Shown piece after piece: positions 8,696 to 17,389 of a stretch of DNA of 64,000 nucleotides. Every line of letters begins with the position of its first letter. Within the stretch, counting starts at the first letter, position 1. This stretch comes from Flavihumibacter sp. (GTDB taxonomy: Bacteria > Bacteroidota > Bacteroidia > Chitinophagales > Chitinophagaceae), in the NCBI GenBank assembly GCA_041751095.1, contig JBGSYC010000128.1:559-64558 (forward strand), written 5' to 3'. A program made the translations under genes and the position numbers. The notes beneath the pieces are model-generated. The model worked only from the letters and a program-made list of their open reading frames with translations. It was not told where the DNA came from and did not search any database.

Positions 8696-10729
8696 TTATT
8701 TTATCTGCTTGTCCCTTATTTCGGGGAAGACGGTTAACCTTAGCATGGTGGCTCCGTACGGTACCAATTCAATCATTTCCGTAGCCTTCTCCAGGTGAGA
8801 TAAATAGTTCTTTGGGAAAGCAGGGTTCTGATATATTCTTTTACCTGACAATGAATCGGTCAGCACCGGCATTTGCCAATCCTTAATTCTCCGGGCGGGT
8901 ACCTGGATACGCACCGGAACTTCCGCAAGGTTCCAGGGATTTTCAGTAACCATTTTCTGAATCACCTTCATCTTTTTTAATCCGGCCTCTGTGGCTACCA
9001 ATGCATAGTTCCAGGTGCCGGAAGGTTCTAAATTCAGGGCCGGCATATCAACTGAAGACTTCGGGTAATCCAGGATGATTTCACGACTATACTGTATGGG
9101 GAGGCTGTATACCAGCGGGCCCCTTTCTACCCCCGCTCCATTTTCCCTCCAGCGGGTTATCTCCACTCGCATGGGCAGAGACAATTCGATCTTATCATTG
9201 GAAGAGAAAGTACGCTCGATTTTCACAAAGGTTCCGGGAGAAATTTTACCCGGCCACGGCTTACCGTTTATGTTTATTGTGGCGTCCCTACACCATCCGG
9301 GTATGCGGATGTTAAAAGGAAAACTAACCGGCTCTTTTGTTTTGAATGTGAAAAGGATATGTTCCGAGAAAGGGTAACCGGTTTCTTCGGTTACTGTCAC
9401 TTCCCTATTTTCTTTTCCAACATACGTACTTACCTTCCCGGGGCCATACAATGCGGCCGTCAGTCCCCCCTCTCTGCCACTCAGCCACATCTGTCCGACA
9501 TAAACAGGCATCATTCGATTAACATTCCCGGTGCAGCATTCTACATCGTGCCCCGGCAAATAAGCCATTCTTGCAGGGTTATAGCCTAAATGATTGGAGT
9601 TTACAGTAGCGATTACCTGGTTAGGGCAGGAAAAATACTGATGTGATTTAAAGTCTTTTTCTACAGAACCAATCCCCGCATTGAATACTGCCCGTTCCAA
9701 CTTATCAGCCCAACTTACTTCACCGGTGATTTGGAGCATATACCCTATCGTCCATGGGTATACCGCTACGTTACAGGTCTCGTGTCCGGCAAGCGGAGAG
9801 ATGCCTTTTGTTTCTTCCGTGGAGCTGGGTACACCGGAAATTAGCTGATGATATTTTTCTAATTTTTCAAGCCCCTTTCTTGCGGTAGCTAAATACGCTT
9901 CTTTGCCTGTATACATGAATAAAATAGCCGGTATCTTCACTAGTTCCAGATACACAACTCCATGGTAATCCGGTTTTTCATCGGAATTAAAATCAAGCGT
10001 GCGCTTAGCGCGGGTTCGGTATTTTACATCATTGCTAAAAAGGGCATATGCTTTTTCGGCCATCACCAGCAATTGGTGATTACCGCTTATGCCATATAAC
10101 CAGCAGATTTCTTCCAGGTTGGCAAGTTCCAGTTCATCGCTGAAGCTTTCTGGTGTAAGGCTTAAATAATGCTTCTCCAATTTCTCTATAATACTTCTGT
10201 TCCCGGTAACTCCGTATTCAGCCATATAGGCCCGGAAAAAGCCGGCATGCGGCCAGTTGTGCCAACGGCCTTCCAGATGTGTAGGCCCAAGCAGGCCGTT
10301 GCTTTGCTGATTGTCTAATACATATTGCAATTGTTGCCGGGCCTTTGTCAGCAACTCCTCGTCCTTTAGCAAATAAGCACAGCGGATAAGTCCGTCCACA
10401 TAGTAACCTACCTGTTCATAGGGCCACCAGTCTTTACCTTTCTGCACCCCGGGACGCACTATTTTGGAAGCAGCCCAGCCGGAAGTGTTGAACGGATAGC
10501 CCGCCACTTCCACATTGCCGGTTAAACCATTTTTTTGATTGCTAAGGAAAGCATGAAGCCAACCCTGTGGGGTTATCTGCGAAAGCGGTAAATCTTTAAA
10601 AACATTATAGGTAACGGCCGCGCCCTTTGTTTTCGTAGCCACTTCTTTTTCCTGTCCGTAGCTCTCATGACTTAATGTAAAAAATATCATAACAATAAAA
10701 GGAAAAACGACTCTTCTCCGTACATTCAT
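8696..10729 (-). CDS. Glycoside hydrolase family 127-like (beta-L-arabinofuranosidase/DUF1680 family), secreted
   Basis: Signal peptide present. HETCNV and ECCTGN match the Glu/Cys and Cys-Cys zinc/nucleophile motifs I recall from HypBA1-type GH127. 677 aa. Confidence 0.8.
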   Translation of the reverse strand: MNVRRRVVFPFIVMIFFTLSHESYGQEKEVATKTKGAAVTYNVFKDLPLSQITPQGWLHAFLSNQKNGLTGNVEVAGYPFNTSGWAASKIVRPGVQKGKDWWPYEQVGYYVDGLIRCAYLLKDEELLTKARQQLQYVLDNQQSNGLLGPTHLEGRWHNWPHAGFFRAYMAEYGVTGNRSIIEKLEKHYLSLTPESFSDELELANLEEICWLYGISGNHQLLVMAEKAYALFSNDVKYRTRAKRTLDFNSDEKPDYHGVVYLELVKIPAILFMYTGKEAYLATARKGLEKLEKYHQLISGVPSSTEETKGISPLAGHETCNVAVYPWTIGYMLQITGEVSWADKLERAVFNAGIGSVEKDFKSHQYFSCPNQVIATVNSNHLGYNPARMAYLPGHDVECCTGNVNRMMPVYVGQMWLSGREGGLTAALYGPGKVSTYVGKENREVTVTEETGYPFSEHILFTFKTKEPVSFPFNIRIPGWCRDATININGKPWPGKISPGTFVKIERTFSSNDKIELSLPMRVEITRWRENGAGVERGPLVYSLPIQYSREIILDYPKSSVDMPALNLEPSGTWNYALVATEAGLKKMKVIQKMVTENPWNLAEVPVRIQVPARRIKDWQMPVLTDSLSGKRIYQNPAFPKNYLSHLEKATEMIELVPYGATMLRLTVFPEIRDKQIK

Positions 10730-10758
10730 TGTATATCATTTTATGATTTTAATCACAT

Positions 10759-10780
10759 AACTGGTATATACCTGTATACT
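10759..10780. promoter_or_regulatory. 22-bp box AACTGGTATATACCTGTATACT (contains the palindrome GGTATATACC); candidate AraR/GntR operator, 29 nt upstream of the GH127 ATG and 135 nt upstream of the divergent regulator
   Basis: Near-identical boxes at 13308-13329 and 21966-21987, seen directly in the sequence. Confidence 0.5.
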
Positions 10781-10915
10781 CATTAATTTTCAAGGTAAGT
10801 TTTTTTTGTTATATATCCTGACCTTTTTTCTGTTCAGATTCGCTTACCTTCATTATTGATGATCTCGCTTTTACATGACGCATAAAAGTTATATCTGTTT
10901 ATAAAAATCGCTTTG

Positions 10916-11917
10916 ATGGACTACATTACCATAGATCATACTTCTTCAACCCCCATTTACAAACAGATTGTATCTTCTATTTCCAATGCCATTGACGAGA
11001 GCATTTTAAAACAAGGTGATTTGATTCCATCGACAAATAAAATTGCTGCACATTTTTCTTTGGCAAGGGGCTCAGTGTTTAGTGCCTATAATGAATTGAA
11101 AGCTGCGGGTATTATTGATTCGCGGCCGGGCAAAGGGTATTATATCGTTAATACAACTACTAACCGTAAGCAAAAGATTCTGCTCCTGTTAGACAGTTTT
11201 GCCCCATACAAAGAGATCCTGTATAATAGTATAATAAATACCATCGGTACTAAGGCCAGGATTGATGTATACTTTCATCATTTTAATGTTGATCTGTTAG
11301 CCTCTCTGATAAAGCAGCATCAATTGCATTACAATGCTTTTGTTGTGGTACCTATTATCCACCCCAGCGTAACAGAAATATTGGAAACGCTGCCCCGGAA
11401 GCAGTTATATATCCTTGACCTGGGTTATAATGATTTTGGTAAAAAGTATGCTTCAGTATGCCAGAATTTTGAAAATGATATTTTCCAGGTGCTGCAACAG
11501 TATAAGGATCGCCTGAACAGATACCTGAATTTTGTTTTGGTCATGCAAAAAAATCACGTGGCCCGCGAGATTATAAACGGTTTTACGCGATTCTGCAAAA
11601 CCAATAACATGGCCTTTAATGTACAGGCAACCGTAAAAAACGAAGCGGTAACCAATGGATCCTGCTTTATTATTATTCAGGATAATGACCTGGTAGACCT
11701 GATCAGTACTGTGCAGCAAAAGGGACTAAACCTTGGAAAAGAAGTAGGCGTTATTTCTTACAATGAAACGCCTCTAAAAAGTGTTATCGGAGAAGGCATT
11801 ACCACCATTTCTACTGATTTCCATCTGATGGGTAAAACGATAGCCGAAATGGTACTTAACCGGAAAAGAGGACATGTGGAAAATCCTTGTACACTCAGGT
11901 TGCGCAAATCTCTATAG
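10916..11917 (+). CDS. AraR-type chimeric regulator: GntR winged-helix N-terminus plus LacI/PBP1-type sugar-binding domain
   Basis: IYKQIVSSISNAIDESILKQGDLIPSTNKIAAHFSLARGSVFSAYNELKAAGIIDSRPGKGYYI is a GntR HTH. The remaining 260 aa or so are periplasmic-binding-protein-like. ATG at 10916 (the track starts at TTG 10913). Confidence 0.8.
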   Translation: MDYITIDHTSSTPIYKQIVSSISNAIDESILKQGDLIPSTNKIAAHFSLARGSVFSAYNELKAAGIIDSRPGKGYYIVNTTTNRKQKILLLLDSFAPYKEILYNSIINTIGTKARIDVYFHHFNVDLLASLIKQHQLHYNAFVVVPIIHPSVTEILETLPRKQLYILDLGYNDFGKKYASVCQNFENDIFQVLQQYKDRLNRYLNFVLVMQKNHVAREIINGFTRFCKTNNMAFNVQATVKNEAVTNGSCFIIIQDNDLVDLISTVQQKGLNLGKEVGVISYNETPLKSVIGEGITTISTDFHLMGKTIAEMVLNRKRGHVENPCTLRLRKSL

Positions 11918-12247
11918 TTCTAATTTACTGGTTGCGGCAGTTGGCTCACCGGGTTTTACCCTATCAAATTGTATAATGCTTTTGAAGCTGTAGATGGCTA
12001 TTAAGAGAATAGTTATACCTAATAAAAGTCTGATATGACGCGAAGGCACGCATACAGGTGTTTCTACATAATGCCGGGTAAACCTCATTCCTTGCTCAGC
12101 CATTTTGTCAAGATTCGGAGTTTTCATCTTTTCCTGTCCGTAACATCCAAGTTCTCCAAAGCCAGGATCATCTGCAAAAATGTAGATGACATTTGACTTT
12201 GAATCTGCTTTTCCCAAGATGCTTTTGTGCGCTTCCGGTATAAACAT
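11912..12247 (-). pseudogene. Sulfatase N-terminal fragment (about 70 aa of sulfatase sequence, then unrelated tail)
   Basis: NVIYIFADDPGFGELGCYGQEKMKTPNLDKMAEQGMRFTRHYVETPVCVPSR includes the CxPSR formylglycine motif. Similarity ends right after PSR, and the ORF runs into the 3' end of the regulator gene. Confidence 0.75.
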
Positions 12248-12358
12248 GAAAGCAGATAATTAAGGAACATATCTTTCAAAAAGCAATTCTCAAAATAAGA
12301 TAGTTTGGTTTAATCCTTTTGACACTAGGTTACTTTTGTGGCCTTGCGCGAAACCTCG

Positions 12359-13159
12359 TCATTGAAGTTTTGGATTTATATTCACTTCCGTCTGTGGAAT
12401 AGGCCATTGGTAATCCTGCGCCCTGAAATTTTTTGATGTAACGTACCACCTGCTATAGGGGTCGGTGGTTGTTCCCTTTTTTCTCAGGGGCCTGACTGTA
12501 TTTGGAAAAGGAGCACCATAAAAATCGGCTTTCAGCACTTGTCGGCGATTTTCCAGCGTAGCAAGTCCCAGTAACGGATACCTTCGAATGCTGTTTCAAT
12601 TCTGCGTTCTTTACGTATGATCTCACGCAAAAGCGCAGTTTTGGTCTGGGTTATTGGAGGCATATTTACAGATGCCCTTCCTCTTACCTTATTAATCGTT
12701 AAATTAAGCATACCCTGGTCAATGGCATGTCCGGCTTCCAGCCAGGCTTCGAGGTAACTTAAAAGTACTTCTTCATACCTAATAATCGGGAGGTTACCGC
12801 CATAGTTATTAAGATTACCCGAATATCCTTCATCAAGATATTTTTTGATTCCGTACCCCGTTTGCGTTGTCTGTTTTCCTGCTCCCAACTGGTCAGGTGC
12901 CAGTGTTGAATCAGGGTGAGTAATATATCTACCTCTGAATGATTGACCGTTAAAAAGGATGTTATATTTCAACCGCGCGTCCCTGTTTTTTGTCGGATCT
13001 TTTGGATCATACAAAGGACTGGTAAAAGAAAATGGTGTACCGTTTTCCCGCAAAAGAGTTTAGGGCAATGCCAGTAAAGAGGAGGATCGCTAAATTAGTC
13101 AGCAGCCGACAGCCAGTTGTTGATAGACGGTAGTTGAGGCTTTTGATGTGCGTAATCAT
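12359..13159 (-). pseudogene. SusD/RagB-family gene with an internal deletion and frameshifts
   Basis: Three pieces on the minus strand: a signal-peptide-like start MITHIKSLNYRLSTTGCRLLTNLAILLFTGIALNS (ATG 13159); a C-terminal SusD body in another frame (track ORF 12532-13053, ...IRYWDLLRWK); and, after a further frameshift, the tail VLKADFYGAPFP...QDYQWPIPQTEVNINPKLQ*. Confidence 0.7.
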
Positions 13160-13307
13160 AAATATAAATCCTATTATAAAAATTGCTAGTGGATGAGTAA
13201 AAGAAGGATTATGCCATTGGTGTTAAATGCATAAGAAACAAAGGCTTTTATGCCTTCCTGTTCTTTACGGACAATTCTATTATGCCTAAAAATTACAAAC
13301 TGGTATA

Positions 13308-13329
13308 TACTGGTACATTGAATAATATT
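13308..13329. promoter_or_regulatory. Second copy of the 22-bp box (AACTGGTATATACTGGTACATT), upstream of the decayed SusD
   Basis: Direct sequence comparison with 10759-10780 and 21966-21987. Confidence 0.4.
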
Positions 13330-13531
13330 CAATATAATTTAATTTTAAAAATATCAAAAAAATTTCTTATGGGCTTTCATACTTCCTTCCTAAGCGATGG
13401 TTGATGATTAAAATGTAGTTCAGGTTTTTAATCCCTTTATTCGAACTGCTGGTCGATATATTTTCGGTGTCCCTTGCGATTCGAGCTTAAGAAACTTATA
13501 AAGGTTTTAATATATGATAAAGTTGATCTAA

Positions 13532-14062
13532 CTTCCATTTCGCGGCCGTAAGCGCAGTATATATGAAGGCGGTATTCGGGTGCCATTTATTGTGCGGTGG
13601 CCCGGGCACGTACCCGCGAACCGCATCGACGATCAATCCGTTGTAAGCGGTGTAGATTTACTGCCTACTTTAAGCAAATGGGCGAACCAAGCCGTGCCAG
13701 AAAATCATGCCCTGGATGGTGAAGACATCAGTGATATTTTATTAGGGAAAACCCGACCGCGCACCAGACCCCTGATGTGGGAAGGCCGCATGCCAGTAAT
13801 TGGACCAGTCATTAATCAAAATCCAACCCTGGCTATCCGTGACAAAGAGTGGAAATTGCTCATGAACCCCGATCGCAGCCGCATCGAATTATACCATATA
13901 ACCAAAGACCCTACAGAGGTAAACAATTTGGCCCTGCAACATCCCGATATAGTAAAACGCTTGTCTGAGCAATTACTGACTTGGAAAAAGTCAGTACCAG
14001 GCTCCGTAAGAGATGGAGCTGGAATGATGCAGTACAATTGGCCAGGAAAAGAAACTAAGTAA
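13532..14062 (+). pseudogene. Sulfatase C-terminal fragment
   Basis: In-frame reading from 13532 gives LPFRGRKRSIYEGGIRVPFIVRWPGHVP..., the conserved sulfatase K-x-x-x-YEGGIRVP block, plus the C-terminal domain. No N-terminal catalytic half is present, and a stop codon sits at 13529-13531. Confidence 0.75.
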
Positions 14063-14239
14063 ATCTTCCATTAACGAAATCAGAGGTATGACTTTCCACT
14101 AAAGCTGGAATAATGCTATCTGAAGGTTTCTCATAAATTATTATATCTCTAATACAAACTAACCTTCTTTTTTCATGTACAACTAACTTACTTTTTTATT
14201 TATTTTATACCGAAAAATCTTTAAAAACCTGCTGAATAC

Positions 14240-16774
14240 ATGACGATTCATCAACGCCGACAATTTTTAAAAAGGCTTGGCATTAGTTTAGCTTCCATCG
14301 CTTTTTCTTTTTCTAAAGCCGTCTCTGCTTTTTCAGGAGAAAAAAGAAATAAAGCTAATCTTGCAATACCCCTTTTTAAAGATAATTTGTCCCGCACTAC
14401 TAACCGGGTTTGGATTGGCGAGGATTATTGGGCGATCCCTATGGAGGATTGGAGAGTAAATGAAGGAAGAATAGAATGTCTAGGGGTAGAGAAGTTTTCG
14501 CGGGTTAATATTTTAACGGCGGTGATTAACCGGGGCATGGGTGACCTGCTTATTTCTTCCGATGCAGGCTTACTTAAAAAAACATCAACTGGCAAGGGCG
14601 GTTCAGCAGGCTTTGCTATTGGTATAAGAGACAACGTCGATCCGGATGCAAAGTCGGTTTGTTATTTTGGAAAGGGGATCAATGCAGGAATCTCTACAAA
14701 GGGTAATTTGTTCATTGGTAATAAATCTGCACCCCTACCGCCAGATTTTGATTATACGATTTTTAATTTGTCTGTTAAAGGAGAAAAGAAGGGCGCCCGT
14801 ACCGAACTTTCCCTGACCTGTAAAAGCAAATCTGCTCAGGCATCCGTATCCTATCAAACCGAACAGGAAATATCCGGGTTGGTAGCACTTGTAAATAATT
14901 TCGAAGAAGAAGGCACTGATACTTTTTGGTTTAAAAACATTACGCTTACCGGTTCAAAGATCAGCACAAAAGCTGAAAATAGTTTTGGGCCTGTTTTATG
15001 GTCGATGTATACCCTTTCAAAAGGAGTATTGAAGATAGTTGCCCAAATGCCACCGATAGGAGCCAGAGACACACAGCAAGTACAGCTATTTTTTAAAAAA
15101 GGAAACGAATGGATTAAATCGGCTGCAAGCCCGATCGATAAAGCGGCTTATACGGCTCATTTTCATTTGCCAAACTGGAATGCGTTGGTGGATTTGGAAT
15201 ATCAGTTAAGATACAGCACTAACGGTAAAGTGCATTCGTTTGCTGGACGTGTCAGAAAGGAGCCAGGAGACAGGCCTTTGCAATTTGGGGGTTTAACCTG
15301 CCAGAATTTTATCGCTTACCCTTACAATCCCTTAATTAATAATTTAATAAAGCACAATCCGGATATATTGTATTTCTCCGGGGATCAAATATATGAAAAC
15401 CACGGAGGGTATCCGATTAAGCGTCAACCCGAAGGAGATGCAATATTAAGTTACCTGGGCAAGTGGTATATGTTTGGCTGGGCTTTTCGGGAGGTCATGC
15501 GTGACCGGCCTACCATATGCACGCCCGATGATCATGATGTGTTTCAGGGAAATCTGTGGGGTGAAGGCGGAAAAGGAGTTTCGTTTGAGGAATGGGAAAA
15601 GGTGAAAAGTGCTCATGGAGGATATGTGCAAACGCCAGGCATGGTCAATGTAGTCGCCCTCACGCAATGCGGGCACATGCCGGCTCCTTATCATACCGAG
15701 GCCTTACCCTCGGGTATCAAACCATGGTACACCGATTTGCTGTATGGCAAAGTGAGCTTTGCCATTATCAGCGACCGGATGTTTAAATCAGGTCCGGAGG
15801 TGGTTCGTAAAAGCGCCGGGCGAATAGATCATATAACAGAACTCATTGGTGAAAATACCCTGGAAGATTCAAACCTGGAAATGCTGGGCGCCCGGCAAAT
15901 GCAATTTTTGCAAGCTTGGATCAGCGATTGGAAAGGCGCCAGTATGAAAGTGTTGCTTTCGCAAACCCTTTTTGCCAACGTAGGCACTCATCATGGCGAC
16001 GAAAAAATGTTCTTGTATGGCGATATGGATTCAGGCGGATGGCCAAAACAAAAGCGTGATGAAGCGCTTAAACTTATTCGGAAAGCGGCCGCTTTTCATA
16101 TCAACGGCGATCAGCATTTGCCCTTTATTGTTCAATATAGTTTACAGGAAAAAAGAGATGGTGGATGGACGTTTTGCACCCCCGCTATTTCCACCGGTTA
16201 TATTCGCTGGGGCCAGCCAGATGCGGTGAACGCACCCTACACAGACCGGCCCGCACATGGCCTGTCAAATACGGGATGTTATAAAGATATATTCGGAAAC
16301 CTGAATTACATTTATGCAGTAGGCAACCCTAAGGATAAGTTCCAAAACAAAGACCGCTACATAAGAGCGCAAAATAAAGCGTCTGGATTTGGCATTATAA
16401 CATTTAATACAAACGATCGAACTATCAAAATGGATGCATACCGGTTTTTAGCCGATAAAGACAACCCAACCAGTGATGATCAGTTTCCAGGTTGGCCATT
16501 AACCATTTCTCAAATGGATAATGATGGAAGAAAACCAGTTGCTTTTTTACCTCTTCTGCAAATAAATAAACCCGACCAGGTAGTTAAAGTTTTGAATGAA
16601 AAAGACCATTCCGTTGTCACCGTTATTCGTATAAAAGGAGCTTCCTATCAGCCACCCGTGTATGCCGAAGGAGTATATACGGTGCAAATAGGAGAAGGGG
16701 CTGCAGTTAAAGAACTGAGAGGATTACAAGCCGCCGCACAAACAGCAAGCGAACCAATCAAAATTACCGTGTGA
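14240..16774 (+). CDS. Tat-secreted PhoD-like metallophosphatase with an N-terminal domain of unknown type (about 340 aa)
   Basis: Twin-arginine signal MTIHQRRQFLKRLGISLASIAF. Metallophosphatase blocks FSGDQIYEN, PDDHDVFQGN and INGDQHL. Confidence 0.65.
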   Translation: MTIHQRRQFLKRLGISLASIAFSFSKAVSAFSGEKRNKANLAIPLFKDNLSRTTNRVWIGEDYWAIPMEDWRVNEGRIECLGVEKFSRVNILTAVINRGMGDLLISSDAGLLKKTSTGKGGSAGFAIGIRDNVDPDAKSVCYFGKGINAGISTKGNLFIGNKSAPLPPDFDYTIFNLSVKGEKKGARTELSLTCKSKSAQASVSYQTEQEISGLVALVNNFEEEGTDTFWFKNITLTGSKISTKAENSFGPVLWSMYTLSKGVLKIVAQMPPIGARDTQQVQLFFKKGNEWIKSAASPIDKAAYTAHFHLPNWNALVDLEYQLRYSTNGKVHSFAGRVRKEPGDRPLQFGGLTCQNFIAYPYNPLINNLIKHNPDILYFSGDQIYENHGGYPIKRQPEGDAILSYLGKWYMFGWAFREVMRDRPTICTPDDHDVFQGNLWGEGGKGVSFEEWEKVKSAHGGYVQTPGMVNVVALTQCGHMPAPYHTEALPSGIKPWYTDLLYGKVSFAIISDRMFKSGPEVVRKSAGRIDHITELIGENTLEDSNLEMLGARQMQFLQAWISDWKGASMKVLLSQTLFANVGTHHGDEKMFLYGDMDSGGWPKQKRDEALKLIRKAAAFHINGDQHLPFIVQYSLQEKRDGGWTFCTPAISTGYIRWGQPDAVNAPYTDRPAHGLSNTGCYKDIFGNLNYIYAVGNPKDKFQNKDRYIRAQNKASGFGIITFNTNDRTIKMDAYRFLADKDNPTSDDQFPGWPLTISQMDNDGRKPVAFLPLLQINKPDQVVKVLNEKDHSVVTVIRIKGASYQPPVYAEGVYTVQIGEGAAVKELRGLQAAAQTASEPIKITV

Positions 16775-16848
16775 ATGGTTCGATGTATGTTATGGCGGAA
16801 CTCAAAAGATGATCACTATCCTGACGATAAGCGCCTGTTGGCTCTCCG

Positions 16849-17061
16849 TTAAAATTTTTCAGGGTCTAAGCCTTTCATTTTACCAAAGGCCTCCAATAAC
16901 CCGGTCGTCTTGGTAATAAAACCGTCACTATTCACATCCTGGTATTTGACATAGCCTGGCTTGGTATATTTAGTTTGAAAAGGACTTTTGTCAATCTCTT
17001 CCTGCATTTGAAATATACCAATGGCATGAACGAGGTTAAAGGAGTTAATTGGATATCCTAT
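16849..17061 (-). pseudogene. Internal fragment of a SusC/TonB-dependent receptor paralog
   Basis: Minus strand reads IGYPINSFNLVHAIGIFQMQEEIDKSPFQTKYTKPGYVKYQDVNSDGFITK...*. This is the G.P...Y.Y...GIF...EEI...PGD.KY.D.NGDG.I block of SusC proteins, bounded by stops. Confidence 0.6.
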
Positions 17062-17389
17062 TCACCACTGGAAAATTGAAAGTAAAAAAATTAAGTCCCT
17101 GGGCTAATGTTAAAGCATTTTATTCAATCTTATAGTTATCAGCAGGTAATTAATTATTAATAACAGGCTTTTAATCATAACGTCATATGCGGCTCCGTTA
17201 CATGAATATTTTTATTATCGAGTGGTATCGATTTGGCACCTGCAACAAATGAAATCGCTGCAAATGATGGTGCAAATAAATTTTACAGATAAAAAATTCG
17301 TTGAATATGTATCAACGTTCTGCATCCTCCTTAAAGGATATAGTAAATATCGGCGAGAAACTTATAGCATCTTATACTCTTATTTCGGA

